Source of the DNA: Escherichia coli
GTDB lineage: Bacteria; Pseudomonadota; Gammaproteobacteria; Enterobacterales; Enterobacteriaceae
Strand: one strand, 5' to 3'
Assembly: GCF_001677475.2 (NCBI RefSeq)
Contig: NZ_CP015229.1
Length of the DNA stretch: 64,000 bases
Part shown: positions 57,651 through 64,000 of the stretch, piece by piece
Layout of the letters: the number at the start of each line of letters is the position of its first letter
Numbering within the stretch: the stretch's first letter is position 1
Position numbers and translations under genes: made by a program
The notes under the pieces: model-generated
What the model saw: only the letters and a program-made list of their open reading frames with translations
The model's database searches: none
What the model was told of the DNA's origin: nothing

Positions 57651-58547
57651 TTACGGTACGTCGTAACCCAGTGCCGCTTTACGGATACGGAACCATTGTT
57701 GACGGGTCATTTTCAGTGTTTCAGCTTCGACAGCTGCCCGTACGCGCTCAATTTTACCTGAGCCGATAATTGGCAGCGGCTGCGACGGTAAACGTAATAC
57801 CCAGGCGTAAACCACCTGTTCAATCGAGCCCGCGTTTAACTCCTCCGCCACCACAGCCAGTTCATCACGCAGCGGCTGGAAATAATCATCATTAAACAGA
57901 CGACCACCACCAAGGCAGGACCACGCCATCGGACGAACACGCAGTTGTTGCAGTTGGTCGAGCGTGCCATCCAGCAGTAACGGCTGATGCACCGGGGATA
58001 TTTCCACCTGATTAGTGGCAAGGGTAAACGGCAGGCGTGATTGCAACAGGGCAAATTGCGCGGGCGTGAAGTTGGATACGCCAAAATGGCGCACTTTGCC
58101 GCTCTGATGCAGATGTTTAAACGCGTCCGCCACTTCATCGGCATCCATTAACGGGTCTGGTCGGTGGATTAACAGCAGATCGAGATGATCGGTCGCGAGA
58201 TTAATTAGCGACTGTTCGGCGCTCTTAATGATGTGATCGCGGTCAGTGATGTAATGACCAATGACGTTTTCTTCACGCGCGGTCGTCGCGATACCGCATT
58301 TACTGACGATTTCCATCCGTTCACGCAGGTGAGGAGCCAGTTTCAGCGCCTCGCCAAACGCCGCTTCGCACTGATAGCCACCATAAATATCAGCATGGTC
58401 CACGGTGGTCACGCCGAGATCCAGATGCTCTTCAATAAAACTGACCAGCTGGCGGGCGGACATATTCCAGTCCATCAATCGCCAGTAGCCCATCACAAAA
58501 CGGGAAAACTCCGGGCCTTGCGGCGCAATAGTAATACGCTGAACCAT
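57651..58547 (-). CDS. ydhF: Aldo/keto reductase family oxidoreductase
   Basis: ORF track 298 aa. Confidence 0.85.
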   Translation of the reverse strand: MVQRITIAPQGPEFSRFVMGYWRLMDWNMSARQLVSFIEEHLDLGVTTVDHADIYGGYQCEAAFGEALKLAPHLRERMEIVSKCGIATTAREENVIGHYITDRDHIIKSAEQSLINLATDHLDLLLIHRPDPLMDADEVADAFKHLHQSGKVRHFGVSNFTPAQFALLQSRLPFTLATNQVEISPVHQPLLLDGTLDQLQQLRVRPMAWSCLGGGRLFNDDYFQPLRDELAVVAEELNAGSIEQVVYAWVLRLPSQPLPIIGSGKIERVRAAVEAETLKMTRQQWFRIRKAALGYDVP

Positions 58548-58595
58548 AATCGCTTCCTCTTATCAGATATGAGAGGAGTATACGCAAGATTAGGC

Positions 58596-58835
58596 TCAAA
58601 AGAGTGATGGTTGCTCCGGTTCGTCTGATGACGCTGGCTTATTTGCGCGTAATTTGCGCATTAATCGCTGCCGACAAAGGCGCAGCACCTCTTGTTTTTC
58701 GCCATCGCTCATTTTATTCCAGTTAAAACGCTCATCCCGACTACGAAAACAGCCGCGACAAAACCCGCGTTCGTCAGACTGGCAAATTCCCCGGCACGGG
58801 CTCTGGACGGGAAAGAACTCTAATTGCTCCGCCAC
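58596..58835 (-). CDS. ydhL: DUF1289 small Cys-rich protein
   Basis: ORF track 79 aa; CRGICQSDERGFCRGCFRS motif. Confidence 0.8.
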   Translation of the reverse strand: MAEQLEFFPVQSPCRGICQSDERGFCRGCFRSRDERFNWNKMSDGEKQEVLRLCRQRLMRKLRANKPASSDEPEQPSLF

Positions 58836-59031
58836 TTCGCCCTCCTCAGATAAGTTTTACTCTAAATAATTCGAGTTGCAGGAAGGCGACGAGTGAATGA
58901 ATCCCCTGGAGCTTACTAAAGTAAGTGACTGGGGTGAGTGAACGTGGTCGCAGCACATGCAACTTGAAGTATGACGAGTGTATTACCACTATTGAAGCTC
59001 TTAATACCCAAAGTAGCAACTTTGCTTGCAC

Positions 59032-59047
59032 TAGACCGACTGGTCTA
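59032..59047. promoter_or_regulatory. NemR box TAGACCGACTGGTCTA (inverted TAGACC arms) in ydhL/nemR divergent region
   Basis: Matches published NemR operator; 15 bp upstream of nemR start. Confidence 0.7.
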
Positions 59048-59061
59048 CTACACTCCAACGC

Positions 59062-59661
59062 ATGAACAAACACACCGAACATGATACTCGCGAACATCTC
59101 CTGGCGACGGGCGAGCAACTTTGCCTGCAACGTGGATTCACCGGGATGGGGCTAAGCGAATTACTAAAAACCGCTGAAGTGCCGAAAGGTTCCTTCTATC
59201 ACTACTTTCGCTCTAAAGAAGCGTTTGGCGTTGCTATGCTTGAGCGCCATTACGCCGCATATCACCAGCGACTGACTGAGTTGCTGCAATCCGGTGAAGG
59301 TAACTACCGCGACCGCATACTGGCTTATTACCAGCAAACACTGAACCAGTTTTGCCAACATGGAACCATCAGTGGTTGCCTGACAGTAAAACTCTCTGCC
59401 GAAGTGTGCGATCTGTCAGAAGATATGCGTAGCGCGATGGATAAAGGCGCTCGCGGCGTGATCGCCCTGCTCTCGCAGGCGCTGGAAAATGGCCGTGATA
59501 GCCATTGTTTAACCTTTTGTGGCGAACCGCTGCAACAGGCACAAGTGCTTTACGCACTATGGCTGGGTGCGAATCTGCAGGCCAAAATTTCGCGCAATTC
59601 CGAGCCACTGGAAAACGCGCTGGCACATGTAAAAACCATTATTGCGACGCCTGCCGTTTAG
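59062..59661 (+). CDS. nemR: TetR-family electrophile-sensing repressor NemR
   Basis: ORF track 199 aa. Confidence 0.9.
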   Translation: MNKHTEHDTREHLLATGEQLCLQRGFTGMGLSELLKTAEVPKGSFYHYFRSKEAFGVAMLERHYAAYHQRLTELLQSGEGNYRDRILAYYQQTLNQFCQHGTISGCLTVKLSAEVCDLSEDMRSAMDKGARGVIALLSQALENGRDSHCLTFCGEPLQQAQVLYALWLGANLQAKISRNSEPLENALAHVKTIIATPAV

Positions 59662-59697
59662 CAGGCATTTTTTATCACCAGACGACCGGGAGCCTTT

Positions 59698-60795
59698 ATG
59701 TCATCTGAAAAACTGTATTCCCCACTGAAAGTGGGCGCAATAACTGCGGCAAACCGTATTTTTATGGCACCGCTGACGCGTCTGCGCAGTATTGAACCGG
59801 GTGACATCCCTACCCCGTTGATGGCGGAATACTATCGCCAACGTGCCAGTGCCGGTTTGATTATTAGCGAAGCCACGCAAATTTCTGCCCAGGCAAAAGG
59901 GTATGCTGGTGCACCTGGCATCCATAGTCCGGAACAAATTGCCGCATGGAAAAAAATTACCGCTGGCGTTCATGCTGAAAATGGTCATATGGCCGTACAG
60001 CTGTGGCACACTGGACGAATTTCTCACGCCAGCCTGCAACCTGGCGGTCAGGCACCGGTAGCGCCTTCAGCACTTAGCGCGGGAACTCGTACTTCTCTGC
60101 GCGATGAAAATGGTCAGGCGATCCGTGTTGAAACATCCATGCCGCGTGCGCTTGAACTGGAAGAGATTCCGGGTATCGTCAATGATTTCCGTCAGGCCAT
60201 TGCTAACGCGCGTGAAGCCGGTTTTGATCTGGTAGAGCTCCACTCTGCTCATGGTTATTTGCTGCATCAGTTCCTTTCTCCTTCTTCAAACCATCGTACC
60301 GATCAGTACGGCGGCAGCGTGGAAAATCGCGCACGTCTGGTGCTGGAAGTGGTCGATGCAGGGATTGAAGAATGGGGTGCCGATCGCATTGGCATTCGCG
60401 TTTCGCCAATCGGTACTTTCCAGAACACAGATAACGGCCCGAATGAAGAAGCCGATGCACTGTATCTGATTGAACAACTGGGTAAACGCGGCATTGCTTA
60501 TCTGCATATGTCAGAACCAGATTGGGCGGGGGGTGAACCGTATACTGATGCGTTCCGCGAAAAAGTACGCGCCCGTTTCCACGGTCCGATTATCGGCGCA
60601 GGTGCATACACGGTAGAAAAAGCCGAAACGCTGATCGGCAAAGGGTTAATTGATGCGGTGGCATTTGGTCGTGACTGGATTGCGAACCCGGATCTGGTCG
60701 CCCGCTTGCAACGCAAAGCTGAGCTTAACCCACAGCGTGCCGAAAGTTTTTACGGTGGCGGCGCGGAAGGCTACACTGATTACCCGACGCTGTAA
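59698..60795 (+). CDS. nemA: N-ethylmaleimide reductase (Old Yellow Enzyme family, FMN)
   Basis: ORF track 365 aa. Confidence 0.95.
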
Positions 60796-60875
60796 TCCAA
60801 CATTGCGAGCGGCGCAAAGCCGCCGCTATACTAAAACAACATTTTGAATCTGTTAGCCATTTTGAGGATATAAAG

Positions 60876-61283
60876 ATGCGTCTTCTTCATACCATGCTGC
60901 GCGTTGGCGATCTGCAACGCTCCATCGATTTTTATACCAAAGTACTGGGCATGAAACTGCTGCGTACCAGCGAAAACCCGGAATACAAATACTCACTGGC
61001 GTTTGTTGGCTACGGCCCGGAAACCGAAGAAGCGGTGATTGAACTGACCTACAACTGGGGCGTGGATAAATACGAACTCGGCACTGCTTATGGTCACATC
61101 GCGCTTAGCGTTGATAACGCCGCTGAAGCGTGCGAAAAAATCCGTCAAAACGGGGGTAACGTGACCCGTGAAGCGGGTCCGGTAAAAGGCGGTACTACGA
61201 TTATCGCGTTTGTGGAAGATCCGGACGGTTACAAAATTGAGTTAATCGAAGAGAAAGACGCCGGTCGCGGTCTGGGCAACTAA
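60876..61283 (+). CDS. gloA: Glyoxalase I (lactoylglutathione lyase)
   Basis: ORF track 135 aa. Confidence 0.95.
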   Translation: MRLLHTMLRVGDLQRSIDFYTKVLGMKLLRTSENPEYKYSLAFVGYGPETEEAVIELTYNWGVDKYELGTAYGHIALSVDNAAEACEKIRQNGGNVTREAGPVKGGTTIIAFVEDPDGYKIELIEEKDAGRGLGN

Positions 61284-61385
61284 TCTCCTGCCGGGCGTGA
61301 ACTCCTCGCGCCCGCATCTTTACTGCATCGACAAGTAATATTTGTCATAATGCGCGCTGCAATTTATCCGTATTAAGAGAATCAG

Positions 61386-62033
61386 ATGTCCGATAACGCT
61401 CAACTTACCGGTCTGTGCGACCGTTTTCGTGGTTTTTATCCTGTTGTGATCGATGTTGAAACAGCCGGATTTAACGCCAAAACCGATGCGCTGCTTGAGA
61501 TTGCCACCATCACCCTGAAAATGGATGAACAAGGCTGGCTGATGCCGGACACCACATTACATTTCCACGTCGAACCATTTGTCGACGCAAATTTGCAGCC
61601 AGAGGCCCTCGCCTTCAACGGCATTGACCCGAACGATCCCGATCGCGGCGCGGTCAGCGAATACGAGGCGCTACACGAAATTTTTAAAGTTGTGCGTAAA
61701 GGTATTAAAGCGAGCGGTTGTAACCGCGCCATTATGGTGGCGCACAACGCCAATTTCGATCACAGCTTTATGATGGCCGCCGCAGAACGCGCCTCACTGA
61801 AACGTAACCCGTTCCACCCTTTCGCCACTTTTGACACTGCTGCACTGGCCGGGCTGGCACTCGGACAAACCGTATTGTCAAAGGCTTGCCAGACCGCTGG
61901 CATGGACTTCGACAGCACCCAGGCGCACTCCGCGCTGTACGACACCGAACGCACTGCTGTGCTGTTTTGTGAAATCGTCAACCGCTGGAAACGTCTGGGA
62001 GGCTGGCCGCTACCTGCCGCCGAAGAGGTGTAA
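61386..62033 (+). CDS. rnt: Ribonuclease T (DEDDh exonuclease)
   Basis: ORF track 215 aa. Confidence 0.95.
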   Translation: MSDNAQLTGLCDRFRGFYPVVIDVETAGFNAKTDALLEIATITLKMDEQGWLMPDTTLHFHVEPFVDANLQPEALAFNGIDPNDPDRGAVSEYEALHEIFKVVRKGIKASGCNRAIMVAHNANFDHSFMMAAAERASLKRNPFHPFATFDTAALAGLALGQTVLSKACQTAGMDFDSTQAHSALYDTERTAVLFCEIVNRWKRLGGWPLPAAEEV

Positions 62034-62125
62034 TCGAGTCGATGCCTGATGACATGCAATGATTCAGGCATCTATAGTGAGGCTATTCCACGCATCATGC
62101 ATGATATTCACGGGGAATAGCGTTA

Positions 62126-64000
62126 ATGGCAGATAATCCAAACCTTTCATCGCCCCTGCCGGACGTGTTTTCACCGGCAACCCGCGACTGGTTTCTTCGC
62201 GCCTTTAAACAGCCGACCGCTGTCCAGTCGCAAACCTGGCATGTGGCGGCGCGAGGCGAACATGCGCTGGTGATTGCACCGACTGGCTCCGGGAAAACGC
62301 TGGCAGCATTTCTCTACGCCCTCGATCAGCTCTTCCGCGAAGGCGGCGAAGATACCCGCGAGGCGCATAAACGTAAAACCTCACGCATCCTCTATATTTC
62401 ACCGATAAAAGCCCTTGGCACCGACGTTCAGCGCAACTTGCAGATCCCGTTACAGGGGATTGCCGATGAACGGCGGCGGCGCGGCGAAACGGAAGTCAAT
62501 CTTCGCGTGGGGATCCGTACTGGCGATACGCCTGCACAGGAACGCAGCAAACTCACCCGTAATCCGCCGGATATTCTGATCACCACACCCGAATCACTCT
62601 ATCTGATGCTGACCTCCCGCGCGCGCGAAACGCTACGCGGCGTCGAAACGGTAATTATTGATGAAGTCCACGCGGTAGCAGGCAGTAAACGTGGTGCGCA
62701 TCTGGCGTTAAGTCTGGAGCGGCTCGATGCGCTGCTCCACACCTCAGCACAGCGAATTGGCCTTTCTGCCACTGTGCGTTCAGCCAGCGATGTGGCAGCA
62801 TTTCTTGGTGGCGATCGCCCGGTTACGGTAGTCAACCCGCCCGCAATGCGCCATCCGCAGATACGGATTGTCGTACCGGTCGCCAATATGGATGATGTCT
62901 CATCGGTCGCCAGCGGCACCGGCGAAGACAGCCATGCCGGCCGAGAAGGCTCCATCTGGCCATATATTGAAACGGGTATCCTTGATGAAGTGTTGCGCCA
63001 TCGCTCGACCATTGTCTTTACTAATTCGCGGGGGCTGGCGGAAAAACTGACGGCACGATTAAATGAGCTTTACGCCGCACGCTTACAGCGTTCCCCGTCT
63101 ATCGCCGTTGATGCGGCCCATTTCGAGTCGACCTCTGGCGCAACCTCTAACCGTGTACAAAGTAGCGACGTTTTTATTGCCCGCTCACACCACGGCTCCG
63201 TCTCTAAAGAACAACGAGCAATCACCGAACAGGCGCTGAAATCGGGTGAATTACGCTGCGTGGTCGCAACCTCCAGTCTCGAACTGGGGATTGATATGGG
63301 CGCAGTGGATCTGGTGATTCAGGTGGCAACGCCGCTTTCTGTTGCCAGTGGGTTACAACGCATTGGACGTGCCGGACACCAGGTAGGTGGTATCTCCAAA
63401 GGGCTTTTTTTTCCCCGAACCCGGCGTGACTTAGTCGATTCCGCAGTCATTGTAGAGTGTATGTTTGCAGGCAGGCTGGAAAACCTGACACCGCCGCATA
63501 ATCCACTCGACGTCCTTGCGCAGCAAACCGTTGCCGCCGCGGCCATGGATGCATTACAGGTAGACGAATGGTACTCCCGCGTACGCCGTGCCGCACCGTG
63601 GAAAGATCTGCCAAGACGTGTTTTTGACGCCACGCTGGATATGCTTTCCGGGCGCTATCCCTCTGGCGATTTTTCTGCTTTTCGCCCCAAACTGGTCTGG
63701 AACAGGGAGACCGGGATATTGACCGCCCGACCCGGCGCTCAGCTGTTGGCGGTTACCAGCGGTGGCACCATTCCGGATCGTGGCATGTATAGCGTGTTAT
63801 TACCCGAAGGTGAAGAACAGGCCGGTTCGCGGCGGGTGGGTGAACTGGATGAGGAGATGGTATATGAGTCGCGGGTGAACGACATTATCACTCTCGGCGC
63901 TACCTCATGGCGGATCCAGCAAATCACCCGCGATCAGGTGATTGTGACTCCTGCTCCGGGTCGTTCTGCCCGGCTCCCCTTCTGGCGTGGTGAAGGTAAC
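62126..64000 (+). CDS. lhr: Lhr-type large ATP-dependent helicase, N-terminal part (runs off window end)
   Basis: Own translation from ATG 62126: MADNPNLSSPLPDVFSPATRDWF...; Walker A APTGSGKT, DEVH box; no stop before window end, hence absent from ORF track. Confidence 0.85.
   Translation, partial: MADNPNLSSPLPDVFSPATRDWFLRAFKQPTAVQSQTWHVAARGEHALVIAPTGSGKTLAAFLYALDQLFREGGEDTREAHKRKTSRILYISPIKALGTDVQRNLQIPLQGIADERRRRGETEVNLRVGIRTGDTPAQERSKLTRNPPDILITTPESLYLMLTSRARETLRGVETVIIDEVHAVAGSKRGAHLALSLERLDALLHTSAQRIGLSATVRSASDVAAFLGGDRPVTVVNPPAMRHPQIRIVVPVANMDDVSSVASGTGEDSHAGREGSIWPYIETGILDEVLRHRSTIVFTNSRGLAEKLTARLNELYAARLQRSPSIAVDAAHFESTSGATSNRVQSSDVFIARSHHGSVSKEQRAITEQALKSGELRCVVATSSLELGIDMGAVDLVIQVATPLSVASGLQRIGRAGHQVGGISKGLFFPRTRRDLVDSAVIVECMFAGRLENLTPPHNPLDVLAQQTVAAAAMDALQVDEWYSRVRRAAPWKDLPRRVFDATLDMLSGRYPSGDFSAFRPKLVWNRETGILTARPGAQLLAVTSGGTIPDRGMYSVLLPEGEEQAGSRRVGELDEEMVYESRVNDIITLGATSWRIQQITRDQVIVTPAPGRSARLPFWRGEGN

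Overview
This window reads as a contiguous, colinear stretch of Escherichia coli core chromosome (K-12-like gene order mlc–ynfL–ynfM–asr–…–rsxABCDGE–nth–…–nemRA–gloA–rnt–lhr). I do not see a novel or undescribed multi-gene system here. About 63 protein-coding genes are supportable, nearly all with well-known products, identified from the ORF-track translations and synteny; no database search was possible, so identity to any named strain is unverified. The only clear accessory element is a 1.44 kb IS3-family insertion sequence (IS150-like subgroup) at 18367..19807, inserted in the loop of the fumA terminator hairpin between fumC and fumA, with a 4-bp CGAA target duplication and an A_AAA_AAG frameshift motif. 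Other points worth a second look are the near-identical 96-bp tandem repeats inside rsxC, a consensus RstA box in the asr promoter about 11 kb from rstAB, the Tus-binding TerB site in the tus promoter, several operator palindromes (MalI, NemR, SlyA, putative UidR), and two small proteins (ydgU, blr) missed or only partly captured by the ORF track. Many short ORFs in the track are shadow frames and were rejected. No rRNA, tRNA, CRISPR or prophage content was found.
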